64,000 nucleotides of DNA. Origin: a virus. Its lineage: Duplodnaviria; Caudoviricetes. The position numbers and the translations under genes were made by a program. The notes under the pieces were generated by a model. The model saw nothing but the letters and a program-made list of their open reading frames with translations. It was not told the DNA's origin and did no database searches. The stretch is taken from positions 1 through 64,000 of IMG/VR virus record IMGVR_UViG_2918987250_000001, one strand, 5' to 3'. Shown in pieces: positions 44,252 through 51,634 of this stretch; the stretch's first letter is position 1, and every line of letters begins with the position of its first letter.

Positions 44252-44371
44252 TTAGATGAGGACGAAAGCGATTAAGAGGAGCCAGCCCCAGCCGTCGTGC
44301 CCGGTCAGCATGACGACGGCAGCCAGGACGAGGCTGATGAGGACAAGGAACGAGCGATCGGCGCGGCTCAT
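44252..44371 (-). CDS. 39-aa hydrophobic membrane peptide
   Basis: Read manually: MSRADRSFLVLISLVLAAVVMLTGHDGWGWLLLIAFVLI; fills the gap between ligase and upstream gene. Confidence 0.55.
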   Translation of the reverse strand: MSRADRSFLVLISLVLAAVVMLTGHDGWGWLLLIAFVLI

Positions 44372-45069
44372 CACGCAGCCGCCTTTGCGGCCTGCCGGGC
44401 GCGAGCCATCTCGAGGAGCGACATTCCCTTGCCGGCCGGTGCCGGTTCGGGAGCGGGCTTGGGGGCGGCCGGCGCGGGCGCAGGCGGCTTCGGAGCGGGT
44501 GCCGGCGTCTTGGGTGCCGGCGCGGGCTTCACGGGCTCAGCGGCCTTCGCAGCAGCCTTCGTGACCGCGGCCGACAGGTCGCCGCTGATCGCTGCCTTGG
44601 TGAGCTCGTCGTCCTCGGCCGGCTTGGGTGCGCTGGCCGGCTTCACGGGCGCGAGCGTGACCGAGGCCGCCTTGCGCGCCGACTTGCGGGCAGAGCCGGT
44701 GCCGGCCGCGTCGTTCATCGCGGCGATGGCCTGAGCCTCCGCGCCGCCGACGCCGAGTTCGTTCATCGTCTGTTCCCGAACGATGATCGGCCCGATCTGG
44801 TCGAGGATCTCCGGCCGCAGCGCGACCACCTTGGGCTCGCTCGCGTGGTAGTGGTCGTTGCCGGTGCGCTGGATGTCGCGGTTGATCCAGTAGATCGGAC
44901 ACTTGGAGCCGCGGATGCAGGCCTGGCAGCCGCGCCGCTCGTCCTGGATCTTGCCGCGCGCGAGCTGCTGCTCGAGGGCGAAGCAGTCGGCGATCTTGGT
45001 CTCGGCCCCGAAGATCGGGCAGACGATCAGCGCCTCGTTCTTGGGCGAGTAGGTCTTGATGAGCGTCAT
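44371..45069 (-). CDS. Cys-rich (Zn-binding) protein with Pro/Ala-rich tail
   Basis: CPIF..C...CQAC....CP. Confidence 0.75.
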   Translation of the reverse strand: MTLIKTYSPKNEALIVCPIFGAETKIADCFALEQQLARGKIQDERRGCQACIRGSKCPIYWINRDIQRTGNDHYHASEPKVVALRPEILDQIGPIIVREQTMNELGVGGAEAQAIAAMNDAAGTGSARKSARKAASVTLAPVKPASAPKPAEDDELTKAAISGDLSAAVTKAAAKAAEPVKPAPAPKTPAPAPKPPAPAPAAPKPAPEPAPAGKGMSLLEMARARQAAKAAA

Positions 45070-45071
45070 GG

Positions 45072-45296
45072 CTACCAGGATCCCCAGGTATCATTGACCG
45101 CGAGCTCGGCGTTCAGGGCGGCCTCTTCGGCCTCCTGCTGAGCGAGCACGGCGGATCGGTTGTGAAGGAGGGTGACGAGCTGACGCTGCGGCTCGCGCAG
45201 CGCGACGATGACTTCGGCGCGCGCCATCGAGGTTAGCGCCTCGAGAAGAGGCGGCATCCAGCGGCGCGTGTTGGGAACGGTGATCGCCTCCCTCAC
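45072..45296 (-). CDS. Small protein with C-terminal WGSW tag
   Basis: GTGA-coupled start; ends AVNDTWGSW. Confidence 0.65.
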   Translation of the reverse strand: MREAITVPNTRRWMPPLLEALTSMARAEVIVALREPQRQLVTLLHNRSAVLAQQEAEEAALNAELAVNDTWGSW

Positions 45297-45820
45297 CACG
45301 ATCCCCAGTTCGGGTTGGCTGCGACTTCTTCCTCGACCGTCGGCGCGGCCGGATCGACGAAATCCTTGAAGACGTGCTTGGGCTGGTAGCCCTTGCGGAC
45401 GACCTTGCCGTCGCGATCGAACTCGGGGACCGGGTCGGGCTCCTTGACGCCGGACACGTCGAGATCGGGGGCGACGTGCAGCAGGTTCGCGGCGCCCATG
45501 TTGAAGCGCAGGTGAGGCCCGAGCGCCTTGGCGAACTCGGCCGCGTTGGCGCACTCGATGAGGTTGTCGCGGCCCGCGTCGTGCTCGTAGCCGCCGCGGT
45601 GGCTGCGCTTCTCGCTGTCCTTCATCTCGAAGGAGGTGACAGCCATTTCCGAGCGCTCGAAGGTCTCGACCTTCATTTGCCCGGTGGTGTTCTTCTTGCC
45701 CCAGCGCTGGACGAGAACGGCCCGGCCCTCGCCGTTCACGATGAGGACCTGGTGGTATTCCTTGGTGCCCTGTCGATGCAGCATCGACTTCTTGCGGATC
45801 GCGATCGGGTAGACCGTCAT
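45293..45820 (-). CDS. WGR-domain protein with C-terminal WGSW tag
   Basis: KEY...VLVQRWGK...GQ....F....A...F.....K....GY; ends AANPNWGSW. Confidence 0.75.
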   Translation of the reverse strand: MTVYPIAIRKKSMLHRQGTKEYHQVLIVNGEGRAVLVQRWGKKNTTGQMKVETFERSEMAVTSFEMKDSEKRSHRGGYEHDAGRDNLIECANAAEFAKALGPHLRFNMGAANLLHVAPDLDVSGVKEPDPVPEFDRDGKVVRKGYQPKHVFKDFVDPAAPTVEEEVAANPNWGSW

Positions 45821-45865
45821 GGCTCCTCTCTGTGTCTGTGTGCGCGTCAGTCGCTACAACGTGAC

Positions 45866-45887
45866 TATAGCGAACGCTTCTCGGGAT
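45866..45887 (-). promoter_or_regulatory. Promoter-like variant ATCCCG-N10-GCTATA
   Basis: One mismatch to consensus. Confidence 0.7.
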
Positions 45888-45888
45888 G

Positions 45889-45906
45889 TGAGTCAGTCCT
45901 GACTTA
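45889..45906. promoter_or_regulatory. 18-bp palindromic site
   Basis: TGAGTCAGTCCTGACTTA. Confidence 0.8.
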
Positions 45907-45911
45907 TTCGT

Positions 45912-47045
45912 CTAGGCAGCTTCGAGGGTCTTCTGCCGGCGCAGCGCGGTGTAGGGGTTGCGCAGGCGCCATTCGACGGCGAGGCGCGAAGAGAACTCCT
46001 GCGCCTCCCAGATCGCGCGGCGCACGACCGCGGGCTTGGCATCGTTCGGGTCCTGGTCGAGCGGCAGCAGGGCGACGCGCGCCTTGAGGCCGATCTTGCG
46101 AATGGACTCGGCCGTCTTCGTCGCGGCGACCAGCGCGTCGGGCGTTCCGTCCCAGCAGATGATGACCTCCTCGAGCCCGTAGCTCTTGAGGATGAGGAGC
46201 TGGCCGAGCTGGTCCTTACCCTCGAGGTCGCCGGTGGAGAGGTGCTTGCCGAAGGACCCGACCGGCACGATGTCGCGCAGGTCGCTCTCCTCGTCGAGCG
46301 CCGCCTTGAGCGAGAACACGTCGAAGGCGCCCTCCCCCATCACGATCCGGCGCGCCCGCACCGCGTTCTGGCCGTTGAAGAGGAAGCGCCCGGTGCCCGG
46401 CAGCGCGGGTGGGAAGAGGTATTTCGGCTCCTGCGTGCCGATCACGTCGCGGCCCTGGAAGGTCACGAGCGTCCCGTCGAGGTCGTAGACCGGGATGATG
46501 AGACGCTGCTCCCACTTCTGGCCGCCGCGCTTGCCGTCGTCCTTGGTCCAGTTCCACCAGCCGTCATCGCAGTAGCGCAGGTGGAAATAGGCCGCGAGCT
46601 CGGGGCTGATGCCGCGATCGGCCAGATACTTGAGCGTCTGACCCTCGGGCGTCGGCAGCGCGAAGCTGTCGGGCAGCTTGATCTCGCCCGGCTCCACGAT
46701 CGCGGCCGTCGTGGTTCGTTTCGGGCGCCAGCCCTGGTCCACGCAAGCCTGCTTGACGTGCTTGAGGGTGTCGCCCCACTTCGCCGCGTTCTTGTCGCCG
46801 TGCAGATAGGCGTTGATGAAGTTGAGCTTGGTGAAGGTCGTGTCGCACACGAAGCACTTCCCCAGGCCGGAATCCGCGTTGAGGTAGACGCGGTAGCGGC
46901 TGTCCCGGCAGTGGTCCTGCGGGCAGTCGCGGCAGTTGATCTGCATGCCGCTCGAGCCTCGTGTGGGGCCGCGGTAGGCAAGCCCCTCGCGGTCGAACCA
47001 CTGTTCGAGGTCGAGCTCCTCGGCGAGCTCCTGGAAGTCGCTCAT
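45912..47045 (-). CDS. dnaG: DNA primase (Zn ribbon + TOPRIM)
   Basis: CPQDHC...CFVC, YL..RGI, EGAFD, WD, DPND; start at ATG 47045. Confidence 0.9.
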   Translation of the reverse strand: MSDFQELAEELDLEQWFDREGLAYRGPTRGSSGMQINCRDCPQDHCRDSRYRVYLNADSGLGKCFVCDTTFTKLNFINAYLHGDKNAAKWGDTLKHVKQACVDQGWRPKRTTTAAIVEPGEIKLPDSFALPTPEGQTLKYLADRGISPELAAYFHLRYCDDGWWNWTKDDGKRGGQKWEQRLIIPVYDLDGTLVTFQGRDVIGTQEPKYLFPPALPGTGRFLFNGQNAVRARRIVMGEGAFDVFSLKAALDEESDLRDIVPVGSFGKHLSTGDLEGKDQLGQLLILKSYGLEEVIICWDGTPDALVAATKTAESIRKIGLKARVALLPLDQDPNDAKPAVVRRAIWEAQEFSSRLAVEWRLRNPYTALRRQKTLEAA

Positions 47046-47314
47046 ACGAGGCTCGCGATGTCGAGGACGCTCTCGAGGCGGGTTTCGAGCGTCTTGATCC
47101 GATCCTTCGCCAAGTCCAGCTCGATCTGGCGCCGGCACTGAAGCTCCTGGTATTCATTGAGATCGACCGAGTTCGCCTCGCGCCAGGCAAGCCCGAGCTG
47201 GTTCTGGTCGATCGGCACCTCGTGCTCGACCATGAGCGCCATCACCGGCCGCGGCGGCGTGAACCACCGGCGCTGGGTGTAGCGAATCTCGAAACGGTAG
47301 CGTCCGGTCTTCAC
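47042..47314 (-). CDS. Hypothetical protein
   Basis: GTG start coupled to upstream stop; about 90 aa. Confidence 0.6.
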   Translation of the reverse strand: MKTGRYRFEIRYTQRRWFTPPRPVMALMVEHEVPIDQNQLGLAWREANSVDLNEYQELQCRRQIELDLAKDRIKTLETRLESVLDIASLV

Positions 47315-47610
47315 GCGGCCTCCTCCAGTTCGGTCGCCTCGCAGGCGATCTCCATGACGACAGAGACCGCGTAGCGGCCGGCGAGACTGTCCGGCGCCAG
47401 GATCTCGATGATGTAGTCGAAGGCGGTCCAGCTCTCGGGCTCGGCCTCGATCTGCGCCTGAAGGATGGAGGCCGCGGCCTCCTCCCCGGTGAGCATGAAC
47501 GGGAACTCGCACTCGATCCCGCTGTCGTAGGGCTCGGCCGGCAGGTAGGCCGGGTTGAGCTTGATCTGCTGGCGCGGGCACTCGCGCCAGGTCACATCGA
47601 CGGTCGTCAT
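47311..47610 (-). CDS. Acidic hypothetical protein
   Basis: 99 aa, coupled. Confidence 0.7.
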   Translation of the reverse strand: MTTVDVTWRECPRQQIKLNPAYLPAEPYDSGIECEFPFMLTGEEAAASILQAQIEAEPESWTAFDYIIEILAPDSLAGRYAVSVVMEIACEATELEEAA

Positions 47611-48971
47611 GAACGGGTCACTCCCAGGACCTTGGACAGGAACTTCATGCGGGCGCGATCCTGCTGGATGCGCAGCACGACGCCCTCTTCGCCGTTACGG
47701 TGAGCCACGAACTCGATGCGGGCCTCGGAGACGGCCTTCTCTTCGCTCGTGGCGCTGATCGCGATCACCACGTCGGCGATGCGGATCTTGTTGAAGTCTT
47801 CGGCCACGTCGGTGGCCTTCACGGAGGTCGCCTTGGCGCCCTCGCGGTTCGTCTGCGTCGCAGTGAGAACCGCGGCGTTCTGCTCGAAGGCGATGGCGCG
47901 CAGATCGACCCAGATCGACTTCGAGTTGGAGATCTCGTTGTCCGAGCGGTGCTCGGGCTGCATGATGTCCGCGTAGTCCACGCAGATCAGATCGAAGACG
48001 ATCCCGCGCGCCCGGTAGCGCTCGATCAGACGCCGAAGCTGCGACGGCTTGAGCGTGCCCGTCGGGAACTCGTGGATGATGAGCTTGCCGGCCGTCTTCG
48101 CGGCCTTCTCGACAGCCTCCTCGACCTTGTAGGGGTTGTCGTTGAGCCCCTTCATCAGCACGTCGGAGAGGTTCGCGTCGATGCGGTCGGCGATGATGCG
48201 GCCGGCGACTTCGAGCGAGACGTAGAGGACGTTGTAGCCCGCGAGACTGGCGAACTTGCCGAACTCGCCGAGACCCATCGACTTGCCGCCCTTGGCCGGT
48301 GCCATCAGCGCCGAGAGCTCCTTGCGGCCCCAGCCCTTGTGGTAGAGGAGGTCGTCGATCTCCTTGATGCCGGTGCTGATGCCGTCGGGCTTGTAGAGCC
48401 CGGCCAGGATCGCCTTGCGGCGCTCGGTGCGGCTCGGCACGTCGGCGTAGTAGTCGATGCCGCCGTCGTCATCAGCGAGACCAACGAGCTTGGCCGCCTC
48501 GATGCGCTTGAAGACCTTCTCGTAGTCGCCCCGGTCCATGTCACCGACGGAGGCCAGGATCGCCTCTTCCATCGCCCGGTGCTTGGCGAAGGTGGAGATC
48601 TCGTCGAGGACGAAGTCGCGGTCGGAGATGTCGGCGGTCAGGATCTCCTTGATCTTGAGCTTGACATCCGCGACCTGGTCCTTGCGGATCTGCTTCAACG
48701 CAATGGCGTTCTGCACAAGACGGATGAGCGTCGTCTTGTCGGGCAGCATCTTATACTTGGCGAAATACTCCGTGGTGAGCCGGACGAGCGACGCCTCGGC
48801 CTCGTTCACGAAATACATCGGCATGATGAGGCCGTCGGCCCGCTGCGCGAACAGCGGGTCGCGGACCTGGAGCGCCGCGACCTTCGTCTGGAACTCCATG
48901 TCGAAGGTGAAGCCGGCCGGCGATGCGACCGGCTCGGCGTCCTCTTCCTCGATCGTGACGTGCGCGGTCAT
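47607..48971 (-). CDS. dnaB: SF4 replicative helicase (DnaB/gp41-like)
   Basis: APAKGGKS, SLE, VDYADIM, TATQTNR. Confidence 0.92.
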   Translation of the reverse strand: MTAHVTIEEEDAEPVASPAGFTFDMEFQTKVAALQVRDPLFAQRADGLIMPMYFVNEAEASLVRLTTEYFAKYKMLPDKTTLIRLVQNAIALKQIRKDQVADVKLKIKEILTADISDRDFVLDEISTFAKHRAMEEAILASVGDMDRGDYEKVFKRIEAAKLVGLADDDGGIDYYADVPSRTERRKAILAGLYKPDGISTGIKEIDDLLYHKGWGRKELSALMAPAKGGKSMGLGEFGKFASLAGYNVLYVSLEVAGRIIADRIDANLSDVLMKGLNDNPYKVEEAVEKAAKTAGKLIIHEFPTGTLKPSQLRRLIERYRARGIVFDLICVDYADIMQPEHRSDNEISNSKSIWVDLRAIAFEQNAAVLTATQTNREGAKATSVKATDVAEDFNKIRIADVVIAISATSEEKAVSEARIEFVAHRNGEEGVVLRIQQDRARMKFLSKVLGVTRS

Positions 48972-48974
48972 GGC

Positions 48975-49262
48975 TTAGGCCCCGATCAGGCCATAGGCGA
49001 TGAACCCGCTCCCCTTCAGGAAAGTCAGCGCTGACTTACCCTTACCGTCAGACCCAGGCAGCTCGACCTTCACGGCGAACTGATCCGCAGCCACGAGCAC
49101 GCCGGTCTTGGTGGCGCCGTCGGGCAGCAGCAGGGCGATGCCCTTGCCGTAGTGCGCCTTCAGCTCGTCCTGGTGGTTCCAGGCCTTCGGGCGGTTCGGG
49201 CTGCGGGGAGCGGTCGGACCACGGCGTTCGAACTGCACGGGGCCGCGTGAGGGGTGCTTCAT
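48975..49262 (-). CDS. Sm/Hfq-like protein
   Basis: IALLLPDG....G.LVAADQFAVKV...TFLK resembles Hfq VSIYLVNG..LQG.I..FDQF....VYK. Confidence 0.55.
   Translation of the reverse strand: MKHPSRGPVQFERRGPTAPRSPNRPKAWNHQDELKAHYGKGIALLLPDGATKTGVLVAADQFAVKVELPGSDGKGKSALTFLKGSGFIAYGLIGA
49021..49038. promoter_or_regulatory. 18-bp palindromic site (intragenic)
   Basis: AAAGTCAGCGCTGACTTA. Confidence 0.8.
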
Positions 49263-49294
49263 CGTCTCTCTCGTGATTGCTGCTCGCGAATGAC

Positions 49295-49316
49295 TATAGC
49301 GAGCGCGTTTCGGGGT
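49295..49316 (-). promoter_or_regulatory. Promoter-like variant ACCCCG-N10-GCTATA
   Basis: One mismatch to consensus. Confidence 0.7.
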
Positions 49317-49319
49317 TTC

Positions 49320-50045
49320 TCAGCGAACGTCGTCAATCCGCGACATCACCACGTCGCCCCAGCGCGCACGCGCCTTGGACTCGGGGAGGACCTGGTCGTC
49401 GTAGATCAGGCCCTTGAGCGCGTAGACGATGTTGGAGCGCTTCCCGACCTGCTCGAGGATCCACTCGTGATGCGCATCCTGGATCGGGGAGCCGGCGTAG
49501 CGCTGGTTCTTGAAGCGCTCGTCCTTGCCGACGTAGAGGATGCCGGACTGCCGATCCTTCCAGGTGTCGGACACGGCCGTCAGCAGGTCGAAATTGTAGA
49601 GGTGCGTCGGCCGCGGGAGATACTCCTTGCGGCACTTGCGCAGGGACCAGTGCATCGCGATCCCGATGTAGAGATCGTAGGGCATGCACAGGCCGTCGGC
49701 CATCTGCCGGGCCTTCCAGAGGCCGGCGCGGTCGGTGTTGCGCTTGGACAGGTCGAAGGGGTCCTCGGCCTTCACGCCCTTCACGTAGTCGGCCTTCGCG
49801 CGGTCGAAGGTCGAGGCATACATCTGCTTGTAGACGCGCCGGTAGGCGTCGGTGAACAGGTAGGTCGCGTGGACCGGGTGCATGAAGCGGTAGTCGAACC
49901 ACTTCGCGCCCATGAGCCAGAGCTCGGGCTCGACCCACTCCTTCGGGAGCGCGTGCATGATGTCGTGGCAGGTCTCGAGGGGCAGGTCGATCCCGAAGAC
50001 CGCCTGCTCCTCTCCCGTTGCCGCTTCCTGTGTGTCGGTGGTCAT
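49320..50045 (-). CDS. Hypothetical phage protein upstream of helicase
   Basis: 241 aa, strong coding pattern. Confidence 0.75.
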   Translation of the reverse strand: MTTDTQEAATGEEQAVFGIDLPLETCHDIMHALPKEWVEPELWLMGAKWFDYRFMHPVHATYLFTDAYRRVYKQMYASTFDRAKADYVKGVKAEDPFDLSKRNTDRAGLWKARQMADGLCMPYDLYIGIAMHWSLRKCRKEYLPRPTHLYNFDLLTAVSDTWKDRQSGILYVGKDERFKNQRYAGSPIQDAHHEWILEQVGKRSNIVYALKGLIYDDQVLPESKARARWGDVVMSRIDDVR

Positions 50046-50046
50046 T

Positions 50047-50925
50047 CTACGCCTTGATGAAGCGCTTCAGCCCGTCGTCGCTGATCGCGTTGTCGTTGCT
50101 CTCGTCATAGCGAGCGACGCTCGGATCTTCGTCGTTCTCGTAGGCCTCGAGCACGTCCTGGCAGAAGCCGGAGCGGACCACGTCGGCGCGCGTGAAGCGC
50201 ATCACCCCGACCGAGCGGACCTGCTTCTTGCGCAGGCGATCGACGGCATCGAGCAGCCCGGACGGGCCGGGGATGTCCTTCTGAGCGGCGTCGCCGTTGA
50301 CGACCACGCGGCAGCCCTCGCCGATGCGGGTGAGGAACATCTTCATCTGACCGGGCGTGGTGTTCTGCGCCTCGTCGAGCAGCACGTCGGCATGCTTGAA
50401 GGTGGAGCCGCGCAGCAGGGCCAGCGGCCGAGCCTCGATCGTGCCGTTCTTGATGTGGCACTCGACGGCGCCGGCGCCCAGGACCTCGACCAGCGCCTCG
50501 CGCACGGGCCGGAAGTAGGGCTCATACTTCTCGTCCAGCTCGCCCGGCAGGAAGCCGAGGCTCTCGCCGGCCTCAACCGCAGGCCGAGTGATGATGATGC
50601 GCTCGATCTCGCGGTCGCGCAGACGCTCGGCCATGCGGGCGGCAGCGAACCAGGTCTTGCCGGTGCCTGCCGGGCCGAGGGCGAAGGTGAGCGTGTTGGC
50701 GACCATCAGGGCGTCGAACTGGCGCTGAGCGTCGTTGAGCGGCTCCACGCGGGTCTCACGGGGACGGGTGGGCGTCCGGGGCCGGCGGCGCTCGTCCTCG
50801 ATCACGAGCTTGAGGAGAGGCCCGTGGTCCCCGCGCTTCCCCTGGGAGCGGGCATTACGGGCGTTACGGTTGAGGGCCTTCTTGGCGTTGCTCACGGGTT
50901 CGACTCCAAGGTCGGTGGGGATCAA
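50047..50925 (-). CDS. phoH: PhoH-like ATPase
   Basis: GPAGTGKT, RPAVEAGESLGFLPG, RGSTF, DEAQN, FLTRIG; start may be GTG 50895. Confidence 0.95.
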   Translation of the reverse strand: MIPTDLGVEPVSNAKKALNRNARNARSQGKRGDHGPLLKLVIEDERRRPRTPTRPRETRVEPLNDAQRQFDALMVANTLTFALGPAGTGKTWFAAARMAERLRDREIERIIITRPAVEAGESLGFLPGELDEKYEPYFRPVREALVEVLGAGAVECHIKNGTIEARPLALLRGSTFKHADVLLDEAQNTTPGQMKMFLTRIGEGCRVVVNGDAAQKDIPGPSGLLDAVDRLRKKQVRSVGVMRFTRADVVRSGFCQDVLEAYENDEDPSVARYDESNDNAISDDGLKRFIKA

Positions 50926-50937
50926 GAGCGTGCTAGA

Positions 50938-50955
50938 TAAGTAAGCACTGACTTA
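50938..50955. promoter_or_regulatory. 18-bp palindromic site
   Basis: TAAGTAAGCACTGACTTA. Confidence 0.85.
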
Positions 50956-50970
50956 TCATAGCACGCAAGC

Positions 50971-51561
50971 TCAGAGCTTTGATGCGGCGTCGAAAAGAGC
51001 CTGGAGCTGCGTGGCGTTCAGGTTGAGCTCCTCGGAGATCGCCTGGACGTAGGGGTTGGTGATCTCCCAGAAGGTCGCCGAGTCCCAGTAGATCTCCACC
51101 GGCGGATAGGGGTGGCCCTTCACGGCGGCGAGCGCGTGGTCGATCAGGCCGGCGTTGAACAGCGCCGTCTTCGCCTGCGCGGCCGAGACCTGGCGCACCT
51201 TGGGCGCGGGCCGGTCGTAGAAGGTGCCGGTGCCGATCTCGCAAAGCTTCTGCTCGAAGGGCTTGTGCGGCCGGTCCTCGTCGCCCTCGTAGCCGAGAAT
51301 CTCGATCAGCGTGTGCCCGGCCTGCGGGAACAGGAGCGAGGGGTCGCGCACGATGGACTGGACGAGAAGACCGTCCTCGGTCGGCATCAGCACGCCCTTG
51401 AGGCTGCCCTCAGTCCAGCTCTCGGGGTTGCGGGCGAAGACATACCAGTCGAGGCCGTCGGAGACGCGCCGCGCGAACATGGCCGAGGGCGGTGCGCCGG
51501 CCGGAGGCTCGTCCGGCACGTAGCGCTCCCAGATGCCGTGATCGATGATCTCGTAGCCCAT
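50971..51561 (-). CDS. Tail fibre assembly/chaperone protein
   Basis: Follows tail fibre; DG.DWY, S.LFP, QLQALF..A motifs. Confidence 0.7.
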   Translation of the reverse strand: MGYEIIDHGIWERYVPDEPPAGAPPSAMFARRVSDGLDWYVFARNPESWTEGSLKGVLMPTEDGLLVQSIVRDPSLLFPQAGHTLIEILGYEGDEDRPHKPFEQKLCEIGTGTFYDRPAPKVRQVSAAQAKTALFNAGLIDHALAAVKGHPYPPVEIYWDSATFWEITNPYVQAISEELNLNATQLQALFDAASKL

Positions 51562-51580
51562 GTGATCCTCTGCTCTCGTG

Positions 51581-51606
51581 AAAAGGGCGGCCCCTGCGGA
51601 CCGCCC
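51581..51606 (-). terminator. Intrinsic terminator-like hairpin
   Basis: GGGCGGTCC-GCAG-GGGCCGCCC-TTTT. Confidence 0.7.
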
Positions 51607-51607
51607 G

Positions 51608-51625
51608 TAAGTCAGTGGTGACTTA
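51608..51625. promoter_or_regulatory. 18-bp palindromic site
   Basis: TAAGTCAGTGGTGACTTA. Confidence 0.85.
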
Positions 51626-51634
51626 TGCCGCGGC

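Noticed and set aside
16225-45316. AACCCG in the Asn-Pro codons of the tag as promoter boxes
   Set aside because: Not followed by GCTATA at 10 bp; these are simply the preferred codons AAC-CCG.
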